Below, piece after piece: positions 48,399-57,740 of a stretch of 64,000 bases of DNA. Each line of letters opens with the position of its first letter. The first letter of the stretch is position 1. The stretch is from Glycera tridactyla (Eukaryota): assembly GCA_965644265.1 (NCBI GenBank), contig OZ286462.1:25544001-25608000 (forward strand), in the 5' to 3' direction. The notes beneath the pieces were generated by a model, which saw nothing but the letters and a program-made list of their open reading frames with translations, ran no database searches and was not told where the DNA came from. A program made the translations under genes and the position numbers.

Positions 48399-51353
48399 AT
48401 GCCTCTCATCCCTGATACATATCAAATACACCATAATAGACGCAAAGATACATATATTTTTCCTAGCCCCATACCCCTGAATGATCTTGACTATTCCTCA
48501 GCTGCCCTATCTAACCTTCCTGGCATTAGCTTCGGATCTCTTAACATCCAAAGCATCACTCGAAAAATAGATGATATTCACCATTTACTAAAACATGGCA
48601 AGCTTGACTTTCTGTCGTTATCAGAGACGTTTCTGAATTCTAGCATTGATGACAATGAATTAATTATACCCGGTTATTCCTTTATTAGACAAGACAGATC
48701 TGCGAAAAGTGGGAAAACATGTGGAGGGGGGCTGATCCTATATCATGCTTCCCATTTTGACATACAACCGCTACCAGATATCGCTATCTGTTCGCCTGAT
48801 GTTGAAGCAAATTGGGTACTCGTAAAGCTGCGCAAATGCAGACCACTGGTTCTAGGCACCGTCTATCGGCCGCCTGATGGATCAATTAGTAAGTTCATTG
48901 ACTATCTAAATTCTACTAAGGATATTATTGATGAGATGTTCCCGGTTCATGATTTCCTTTCTCTGGGCGACATCAACATAGATGTTACTAACGGGCTCAA
49001 CAACAGGAACAGAGATTACTTGAATTGCCTTAGATCAAGGGCACTTACACAGCTTATAAGGCAACCGACTAGAACTACGATAAGATCCTCGACCATTATT
49101 GATCATGTAACTACGTCCAATCGGAATTACTATCAATATTATGGTGTGGTAGATCCGGGTCTAAGCGACCATTGCCTAATCTATGCAACCAGGAAGCGCC
49201 TGAAAATTAAGAGACCTAAAATCAAATGCAAGTTTCGCAGCTATCGCGACTTTAACCGTGATCAATTCGTGTCTGATTTAAATAACCTCGACCTGACAGA
49301 AGTCTATCGTGCCCAAACAGCAGATGTAGCAGCCTGTGAATTAGATCGTATTCTGGGCGGCTGCATAAATTTTCACTTACCTGTAAGGGAAAGGCTCTTT
49401 AGTGACAGAGACTTGCCATGGATAAATAGCGAATATCGTAGTCACATTGATTTATGCGAACACAGAGCGTATCTCTTTAACAAACATCCAACACTTGTCA
49501 ATGAAGCCCTTAAGAAAGAAGCTCTCAGACAGAAAAATAATTTAAAAGCGAAACTTATTAGGGAATATGTAGAAAAAACAGTTGAATCACATTCTAAGGA
49601 TCCGAAGCTACTATGGAAGGGCATTAAGAAAATATGGCCTCTTTTTAAGTCTGACTCAAAAACGCCGTCCCTTTTGTCTATTGATCCACTCGACCAGGCT
49701 AATGAAATTAATAAATTCTTTGTGAACGTTGGCGGAAATCTAGCTGAAAAAATACCAATCTTGGAAACCCCACTGGGTATATCAGATCGTAGCCCGCCCA
49801 TTTTCGAACTACGTCCAGTCACCCCGCAAACAGTGACGAATCTGTTAAGTAAAATAAATAACTCTTCGTCAGCCGCCACCGATGGCATCTCCAACCAGCT
49901 TCTGAAATGTTTTCCCCCTCATATTATTATGGCAATCACACAAGTATTTAACAAATCAATAAACACATCAATCTTTCCTGCGATCTGGAAGGTCAGCAAC
50001 GTGACTATCCTACACAAGGGAGGTAGGGATAATTCTATTAATAACTTCAGGCCAATATCCATTATCCCTAGTATTGGCAAGCTCATGGAAAGAATTGTTC
50101 ACAGCCAGATTGTAGCGTATCTAGACAGTCACGCCATACTTACGAATGCCCAATTCGGATTCAGGGAGGGGTGCTCGACCGGGACGTGTCTGACTAGCTT
50201 CCTTGATGATATCTATCAGGGAGCTGACCAGTCATGTCCCACTGGAGTCCTCTTCCTGGATCTGAAAAAGGCATTCGATACCGTTGACCACAAACGCCTA
50301 ATTGAACGTCTGACCGAAGAGGGCTTCAGGTACTCAGCAACCTCGTGGCTGGGATCATATCACTCGGGTCGCTCGCAACGGGTGAAGCATAGCAACGTGC
50401 TGTCCACCTGTCTTGATATCTCATATGGAGTTCCTCAAGGCTCCATCTTGGGCCCTTTATTGTTTGTTTTGTATATGAATCGTCTTCCTATGATCCTCAG
50501 GCATACGTCATGTTTCCTCTATGCAGACGACACGGCAATATGTGCTAGAGGGGGTAATGAAGCTGAAATTATTACAAAACTAGAAAGTGATCTTATAGCC
50601 CTCAGATCCTGGTTTGCTTACATGAAGCTCTCTCTTAATGTCGGCAAATCAGCAGTCATGTTTTTTGGGACTCGTCAACAGACTAGTAAAATAACTGCCA
50701 GTGAATTGTCTTTTCAAGGTATGAGTATTCCTCGCCTGAGTCATTATAAATATTTAGGTGTAGTGTTGGATGAGAATCTTACTTTTGAAAATCACTGCGA
50801 GTATGTCCTAAAGAAAATTACAATCAGAAGAAGTGCACTGGCCCACATCAGGTCTTTTATTTCTGAGAAACGAGCATTGTTTATATTTCACTCGCTAATT
50901 CAGTCGGTGTTTTGTTTTAATAGTTACGTGTTGTGTGGGATGAATGCCAAGTCCAGACTACGTTTGCAAATGTGTCAGAATAGTTGTCTGCGGATCATCA
51001 AGGGCACAGATCGCTATGCATTCTCAGCAAGTGAGAGTCACAGGAGTCTTAGGGTGCCCTACCTCGAAACACTAATGAAGCGTCAACTAGCTCTAGAGAT
51101 GTTTAAAATAATACACAGAACGGCAAACCGTCAGTTACAGAACTCGATAGTAACTCGGGCAGAAATCTCGTGCAGGTCTACCAGGCAATCAAACACCCTA
51201 GACCTGGAAATCAGGCGTTGCCGTACTCATTTTGCCAGCAGCCGTACGATCCCACAAGGAATCAGATTATGGAATTCGATCCCAAACAATCTGAAATGTC
51301 TGGAGAATATCAGTACTTTCAAGAAACATATCAAACTGCTCTATAATGTATGA
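48399..51353 (+). CDS. LINE ORF2: apurinic-like endonuclease plus reverse transcriptase, 984 aa, intact
   Basis: APE motifs SLNIQS, LSLSETFL, VYRPP, LGDINID, TIIDH, LSDH. RT motifs NFRPISII, QFGFREG, FLDLKKAFDTVDH, GVPQGSILGPLLF, YADD, YKYLGV. Confidence 0.97.
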   Translation: MPLIPDTYQIHHNRRKDTYIFPSPIPLNDLDYSSAALSNLPGISFGSLNIQSITRKIDDIHHLLKHGKLDFLSLSETFLNSSIDDNELIIPGYSFIRQDRSAKSGKTCGGGLILYHASHFDIQPLPDIAICSPDVEANWVLVKLRKCRPLVLGTVYRPPDGSISKFIDYLNSTKDIIDEMFPVHDFLSLGDINIDVTNGLNNRNRDYLNCLRSRALTQLIRQPTRTTIRSSTIIDHVTTSNRNYYQYYGVVDPGLSDHCLIYATRKRLKIKRPKIKCKFRSYRDFNRDQFVSDLNNLDLTEVYRAQTADVAACELDRILGGCINFHLPVRERLFSDRDLPWINSEYRSHIDLCEHRAYLFNKHPTLVNEALKKEALRQKNNLKAKLIREYVEKTVESHSKDPKLLWKGIKKIWPLFKSDSKTPSLLSIDPLDQANEINKFFVNVGGNLAEKIPILETPLGISDRSPPIFELRPVTPQTVTNLLSKINNSSSAATDGISNQLLKCFPPHIIMAITQVFNKSINTSIFPAIWKVSNVTILHKGGRDNSINNFRPISIIPSIGKLMERIVHSQIVAYLDSHAILTNAQFGFREGCSTGTCLTSFLDDIYQGADQSCPTGVLFLDLKKAFDTVDHKRLIERLTEEGFRYSATSWLGSYHSGRSQRVKHSNVLSTCLDISYGVPQGSILGPLLFVLYMNRLPMILRHTSCFLYADDTAICARGGNEAEIITKLESDLIALRSWFAYMKLSLNVGKSAVMFFGTRQQTSKITASELSFQGMSIPRLSHYKYLGVVLDENLTFENHCEYVLKKITIRRSALAHIRSFISEKRALFIFHSLIQSVFCFNSYVLCGMNAKSRLRLQMCQNSCLRIIKGTDRYAFSASESHRSLRVPYLETLMKRQLALEMFKIIHRTANRQLQNSIVTRAEISCRSTRQSNTLDLEIRRCRTHFASSRTIPQGIRLWNSIPNNLKCLENISTFKKHIKLLYNV

Positions 51354-51960
51354 ACAAAATACATGTATTTATCAATTCATATTAATTGATTACTTATTAA
51401 TTTATACTATTGAAACATTTGCTCTCAATGAGTGATATATTATTATGTAATGCACACTGAATGTTATCAGAAGTTCGCTCAGTTGAAATTTTTAATTTTT
51501 TGAAGTTTGAAATTTTTATGGTGAGCTCGCTGTGGGCGGGTTTGGATGTATGATTGATCAAATGTGTATACATGGTGCAGTTTGTCCTGGGGGGCTGCCC
51601 ATCTTAGATCTTCAACTTACACTCTAACTCCCTATCCCTACTCATGGCCCTAGGATTCCTAGTTCGTCTTCCATCCACCAGCACCTATTTCAATAATTGC
51701 ATAAGCTAGCTCCTTATATAGACCCGTTCCGTCAATAGTTTTTTTACTCCTCCAATATCGCGCTCCTCAACACACCTTCAGCCCACGAACCCAATCAAAA
51801 TTTGTCCAGATAAAATCAGTCCCATCAACCACTATGCCCTTTGCCTGGGTCATCACATAGCACCATATATTCATATGCAACAGCCAAACCATCTCATCTC
51901 ATTTCTTAATAGATTGTGTTGTATATATGTTCTTTGTTGTCGTAGTTAAGTCGACCTTAT

Positions 51961-52023
51961 AAGCATGTTGTATGACATATGTCCATGCTTTTTGAATAAA
52001 GTTTATTCAAATCAAATCAAATC
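51961..52023 (+). terminator. LINE 3' terminus: stem-loop, polyadenylation signal and short tandem tail
   Basis: AAGCATG/CATGCTT stem (51961-51990), TTGAATAAA-G-TTTATTCAA palindrome containing AATAAA (51995-52000), then (TCAAA)3. Confidence 0.8.
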
Positions 52024-52360
52024 CCATCCTCGTGCACATCACAACATAGTCCACCACCTCCAGACGTTGGAATCCCACAATAAATCCGCCAACACCTTTC
52101 AGCGTGCTAGTGTTAGCAATAATTTAGTGGTGACAGTCAGAGCCCAGACCCACACAGACTTCACAGGTTGCCCTCATGTAGAGAGCAACATTGAAGGTGT
52201 GTCCACAACGGACAATTATGTGATTCTCAGGAATTTTCCATCAAAGATTACACTTACATCGGATCGCTTTTTTCACATAGTTTGACTGTGTAAGTGCTAA
52301 TGTCATTGCTCACATCTACCTATCTGAATTCTTCTTTGTCCCTTTTTCCCGTGTATATTA

Positions 52361-52690
52361 GGTTTACTAGGCTGCGACTAGGTTTACTAGGTAGTTGGAT
52401 GACAGTGCAAACGATATTCCTGAGCTGGTTTGAGGTTTTATGAGTGAATGCAATTGTTATCAAATGCAGTCTCCTTGATTCCGTGAAATGAAAGCATTGC
52501 TATCAGGCGTGATTATCAGTTCCTAGACATTCACAATATTATAAAGATGTGCATTTGATTGGTTCATTCAAGCTCGCGTGAGGCGTGGGTTAGTGTGTCT
52601 GAACTATCAGCAACTTCCACTCCACTTGTTCCCCAATCACTATAGTTCAGGGTTTGTGAGAGCGTTGCTTGCGGAGGGCAGTGTATGCAG
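52361..52690 (+). mobile_element. Family A copy lacking the 3' tail
   Basis: GGTTTACTAGGCTGCGACTAGGTTTACTAGG, AAAGCATTGCTATCAGGC and GTTCAGGGTTTGTGAGAG match other copies. Confidence 0.7.
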
Positions 52691-53897
52691 CCGTCATAGA
52701 TAAGGGATACAAGACAGACATATTCCTTAGGGCTATAGTACGTCGTTCGACCACAACCAGTCAGTCAGCCGAGCAACTCGTATCCGTTTTCATGACAGTC
52801 TCGTTTCCAGTATTGTCTTCACCCAATCATCCGGGTGGAGGAATAAGGGGGTCTCAATAAATTACCATGGCTAACAGTGCATGTCAATTGCTCGGAATTG
52901 CTTCAGCGAAGCAAGTCAGATTCTGAAATCCACATGGGTCATCCATATTAGTGCGAATTCCAGGAATACGTAACAGAAAAGATAGGATTTGCGGTGGCAT
53001 ACAAATGTCCTCTACTTCAGTGAATTGAGCCCAATGACTGTTTTTTTATCATTTCTCGGACGTCCAATAAAAGGCTATATTTCACGCATGCGCGGTGACA
53101 TTGCTCGTACTTCCGCTATCGATTGCAGCTTGAACGCGCGATATATTTGTGCTAGTGGGAGGCCATCACGTGACACAGGCCTCACCCAGGTGCCTCCAAT
53201 CAAATCACGGATATATATCACGTGGTAGTGTCCCGACATATGAGAACCTCTGCTGACAAAATGGCCTCCCACCACTATACCATCTCTATAGCCATCTAGA
53301 ATGGCCCTCGAGTAGAACCTCCGCGTATTACACTCTGTCTGAAGCAAGATTTACCCCCCCCCCCCCTCCCCCCGAATATCATGTTTCTCAGACACGGACT
53401 GATCTGATATGTGATATTAATTTCTCACACTCCTTCGGAGTGGGGGAAGCTTTTTAAGGTGTGTGAGATGGGCTGATCTCACCACAGTGTGTGAGATAAG
53501 GATTCAGGTGAGATCTGATCTGTGATTGGATGATATGGATAGTTCATCAGTATTTCAGCCAATCAGAGGCCTCGAGGTAGGTACTTTCTTGGAACTACTT
53601 TCAGGTTCTGTGAACTACTTTCGGTAGTACTATTGTTAATGAATGAGTTCATTCATGAACTGGTACTACTTTTTCCAACCAATCAGCAGGCACTATTTTC
53701 ACCACTGGGGTTGACTAGCCAATAGGAATCAAAGGTGAGTTTTGCTAACCAATGAGAAACAGTGATCCATCCAGCAGCTATGCACTGGCCAACCAGAGAG
53801 TGCTTGACAGTGGAATCTTGGAAATAACCCTTGGAGCAGACGACAACAAGTGTAAAAGTTCGTGAATTTCTGGTGGGAGTTTGGCTCAATCGTGAAA

Positions 53898-55688
53898 ATG
53901 CCACTGCCATTACTGCACGTGGGTGACAGAGTTATATACAATGGCCAAATGAACAGAGGCAAGAGTGGTACTGTCCTTAGTATCGATCGTCCATTCGGTT
54001 GGAGAGAATTCACTGTGAAGTTGGACAGTGGCCACATAAGACTTTGTGCCAGGTACCTTCTGGTCCTCATAGATGGTGATCTGAGTGGAGAAGAAGCCGG
54101 TACTCGCGTCCGTGATGCAGTCTCTGAAGATGGAGCTAGTGCTGTTCCTAGTGCAGCAAACATTCATCAAGTGCAGGTTCCAGTTGTCCATGATGAAGAA
54201 GATGGCTTCAGTTCAGATGGTGGTGATTGGGAACGTCAGGTTGACTTGGAAACGTTCCAGGTCGGAGAGGTTGAACCTGTGCCAGAAGCTCCCCAAGTTG
54301 CAGGTCCATCTAGCCGGTTCGTGGATCTCACAGGTAGTGTGGACGATTTTGTTGATTCCAAAAAGAATCCACGCACAGCAGGAAAGACAAAAAGGCATGT
54401 TGAACTCTTCCATGAGTACTTGAAAAGTGTTGATGATCAACGAGAAATGCATCTTATCCCGCCGCGTGAACTCAACGATTTACTCTCTAAGTTCATTGTT
54501 TGCGTTTGCCAAAAGTCAGGTGCTGAATATGAGCCGGTTACGCTATGAGGAATGTTCAGTTCCTTCAAAAGGAACCTGTTGGAGATGGGGTATGGGGTGG
54601 ACATCATAGAAAGTTCAATGTTCTTCAAAACCAGGGAGGCCCTCAGCAGTAAACAAAAGGACTTGAAGGCGAAAGGCATGGGAAATGCACCAAAGAAAGC
54701 ATCACCCCTGACCCAGGACCAAGTGGACAGGCTCTACACCAGTGAACAGTTAGGCATGTCGACTCCACAGGCACTGATCAACACGCTGTGGTTCCTTCTC
54801 ACTGTGCATTTCGGTGTTCGGGGTGGTGCATCGGAGCACAGGAAGATTCAGTGGGGCGATATTGTACTGCACAGGGACATGTCGAACGGCAAGGAATACC
54901 TCGTCCACAACGAGCGCCAAACGAAAACGCGTACTGGTGTGGATGTGCGGGACCAACGCAAGGTTGCCCCAAGAATATACGTCACTCCCGAATGCCCAGA
55001 AAGGTGTCCAATTCAGACATTCAAAAAGTACAGTTCCCTGCGTCCAAGTGGGTACAGCAATCCCGACTCTCCTTTCTACATCGCCACTAACACCAGAGTT
55101 GTCGCTCTGTCGGGAAATGAACGCTGATTCATCAGCCTGCCCATGGGTGAAAACAAGTTGGGCAAATTGTAGGCAAATATGGTACTGAAGGCCGGAATCG
55201 AAAGTTCAGATCGTCTCACCAATCACTCCGCAAGGAAGTTCTCTGTTCAGACTTTGGTGGAAAATGACATCCCTGCAAACCAAATCATGACTGTCACAGG
55301 GCACCGAAACATCCAGTCCATAACCAATTATAGCACAGTCAGCGTTGCCCAACAGGAGCGGATGTCAAGAATCCTCAGTGCAGCTCCACAACCTAGCACA
55401 TCGACTGGTGCTGTAGCTCCAAGCAATCAAGTTGTGCCTCCAGACAGGAGTAGTGAAGCGCGTCCACCTGCTCATGTCCCAACATCTGAGCACTTGCCAG
55501 CTGTTACTGTGAGCCAAAGGAAACGTCACAATGAGACGTCGGTGTGCGACAGCATGCGCATGTTTCACCACTGCACCATCGGCAAAGTCATCATAAACCA
55601 GCAGATTGTGCAAGGAGGGGCCAGCAAATTTGCCAGGATCCGTAGGCCGATAATTGAGTCGGATACGGAATCAAGCCGAAGCCAGTGA
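53898..55688 (+). pseudogene. Crypton-like tyrosine recombinase (DUF3504; related to KCTD1/ZMYM/QRICH1 domains) with three premature stops
   Basis: ORF pieces at 53862, 54552 and 55179 are all in one frame, with stops at 54546, 55125 and 55170. Motifs: KNPRTAGKT, LLSKFIV..QKSGAEYEPVTL, HFGVRG (catalytic R), ERQTKTRTG (K), RCPI..FKKY, TNHSARK (HxxR), TGHRN..S..NY (H, Y). Confidence 0.9.
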
Positions 55689-56121
55689 TGTTTCATGGCA
55701 GCCCTGTGTAGATATGTATATAGGTTCGAGAGTGGACCTTGTTCATGGTCACCACTCTCCTTTGTTCTCCTTTGTGACTTTTTGCAACGTATAGGACCTT
55801 ATATTGACAATTCCTGCCTGGGTAGAAGAGACATTATGCCCCACTCGATCAATAAGATGACCTCAAAGATGATTTTGGGAACTTACATGGCCGAGCAGGA
55901 TATTTGAAGTACTCAAATGGCACAGACCACAATCTTCTCTGGATTAACAGGTTAAGATTTTATCTATTTTTGTTTATATTTTCATACAGTTTCAATATTT
56001 ATGTTTGTGTGCATCTGGACTTAACCAACAAAGGTTTGCCTCAGAAGCTGTATGAAGAGCAATATGGGAGAAAGTGGGCTTCATCTCCTATTTCGTTTGG
56101 ACAGTGTGGACAAGTGTCAAG

Positions 56122-56124
<3 letters not shown>

Positions 56125-56170
<46 letters not shown>
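56125..56170. repeat. (TG)23 microsatellite
   Basis: Directly visible. Confidence 0.97.
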
Positions 56171-56171
<1 letters not shown>

Positions 56172-56975
56172 CAAATAGTGGCCGGAAATGGCGCTTTTAT
56201 ACGCAATAAACACACGTTTGCATCTCATATCGTGAGCAGAACGAAAGATCAGTAGCCCATCTTGACTGTACAAAGCCAACTCAAAGTAATTCGTCCGATT
56301 CTGCGAGAAAATTCGCGAGAGATCGACTGCAGAGCAAGGCTAGTTTAATATCGGGCGCCATCTTGGTATTTCTTGGAAGGCACAAATGGCGGCCGGAAAT
56401 GGCGCTTTTATACGCAATAGACACACGTTTGCATCTCATATCGTGAGCAGAACGAAAGATCAGTAGCCCATCTTGACTATATAAAGCCAACTCGAAGTGA
56501 TTTGTCCGATTCTGCGAGAAATTCGCGAGAGATCGACTGCAGAGCAAGGCTAGTTTAATATCGGGCGCCATCTTGGTATTTCTTGTAAGGCCCAAATAGC
56601 GGCCGGAAATGGCGCTTTTATACGCAATAGACACACGTTTGCATCTCATATCGTGAGCAGAACGAAAGATCAGTAGCCCATCTTGACTGTATAATGTTCA
56701 CGTGATGTAATTCTTGGTATTCTGAGAGGAAATCGCGATAAATCGACTGCAGATCATGGCAAGTTTGATATTGTGCGCCATCTTGGTAATTTTCATAAGA
56801 GACAAATAGCGGCCGGAAATCGAGCTGATATAAGCAATAAACACACTGATCTCATTTCGCATGTAAAACGAAAGTTCAGCAGCCTATCTTGACTGTATAA
56901 TGCTCACGCAATGTAATTCTTAGTATTTTGAGAGAAAATCGTGAAAGATCGACTGCAGAGCAAGGCTAGTTTTAT
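56172..56975. repeat. Tandem array of ~3.8 copies of a 210-bp unit
   Basis: GCCGGAAAT recurs at 56181, 56392, 56602 and 56812 (spacing 211, 210, 210). The left copies are nearly identical and the right copies more diverged. Confidence 0.95.
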
Positions 56976-57589
56976 CAACTGATCCCTTCTTGGGTCTTCT
57001 TTCTCAAGCAGACAGGTCACGAAAAACAACGCTATACACGCCTTGAAGGACAATGTCACGCAATATTTTGCATGTAGAATGAAAGAATAACTATCCATGT
57101 TGCTTCTCACGAATTGGCGTCAAGTATTTCCCTGTATTATGCAAGAAATTTGAAGGAGATCGATGTCAAGTCGAAATAGAGGAAGTGAGCAGAAGCCATT
57201 TTCGCAACTTCTTCCCGATTGACAGGAACGGACACGATGTAGTTCCCTACAAAGAAACTGACCAGACTGGCAGTTTGTTGGTATTTTTTGGTTTAATATC
57301 GATTAAAGTTACCTTCTGAGTATATTTTGGGCGGGAAATATCACGTTTTGGCTCGAAAATGGCGTGGACTACTTTTCAATTGCGGAGGTTTGGTGTAGGA
57401 ACAATTTGTATGCTGGTGGCGACACTAAGGCTGCCATTGACTTCCATGTTAAAGTTGGTAGGCGCGGAGGTGACTCGGTCATCTTCTTCCTGGCGTAGGG
57501 AAATATCAAAATGGCGGTGTTTTCGAGTGTTTTCTCTTGATTCGCACAGAAAAATCATGTTTATGTAGAAAATAGTCGTTGTGAGAAAT

Positions 57590-57740
57590 AGAATCTGGTA
57601 TTACCAGCCTATAGGGGATAAGGGACGGGCCCTCGAGGCCGGGATTCGGGCCTGCAGGCTCGGCAAGCCTCGCCTGCAGGCCCGATCCCGGCATCTCGTG
57701 CCCATCCCTTATCCCCGATAGGCTGGCAATACCAGATTCT
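57590..57740. repeat. 151-bp imperfect palindrome (hairpin/cruciform)
   Basis: Arms of ~70 bp (AGAATCTGGTATT..GGGCCTGCAGGC / GCCTGCAGGCCC..AATACCAGATTCT) around a TCGGCAAGCCTC centre. Confidence 0.95.

Larger units (their letters stand above)
41519..52023 (+). mobile_element. Full-length-looking non-LTR retrotransposon, CR1/L2 group (Crack/Daphne-like), three ORFs
   Basis: ORF1, an SGNH ORF and an APE-RT ORF are colinear on +. The 3' end is AATAAA followed by (TCAAA)n. The 5' end is inferred from the candidate TSD ATCCCAT (41512-41518 and 52021-52027) and CAAGATGCC just inside it. The 3' boundary is firm and the 5' boundary tentative. Confidence 0.85.
53400..57740 (+). mobile_element. Putative Crypton-type tyrosine-recombinase transposon (boundaries uncertain)
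   Basis: A YR pseudogene is flanked by hairpin-rich sequence on the left, and by a tandem array and a long palindrome on the right. That these form one element is inference. Confidence 0.4.
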
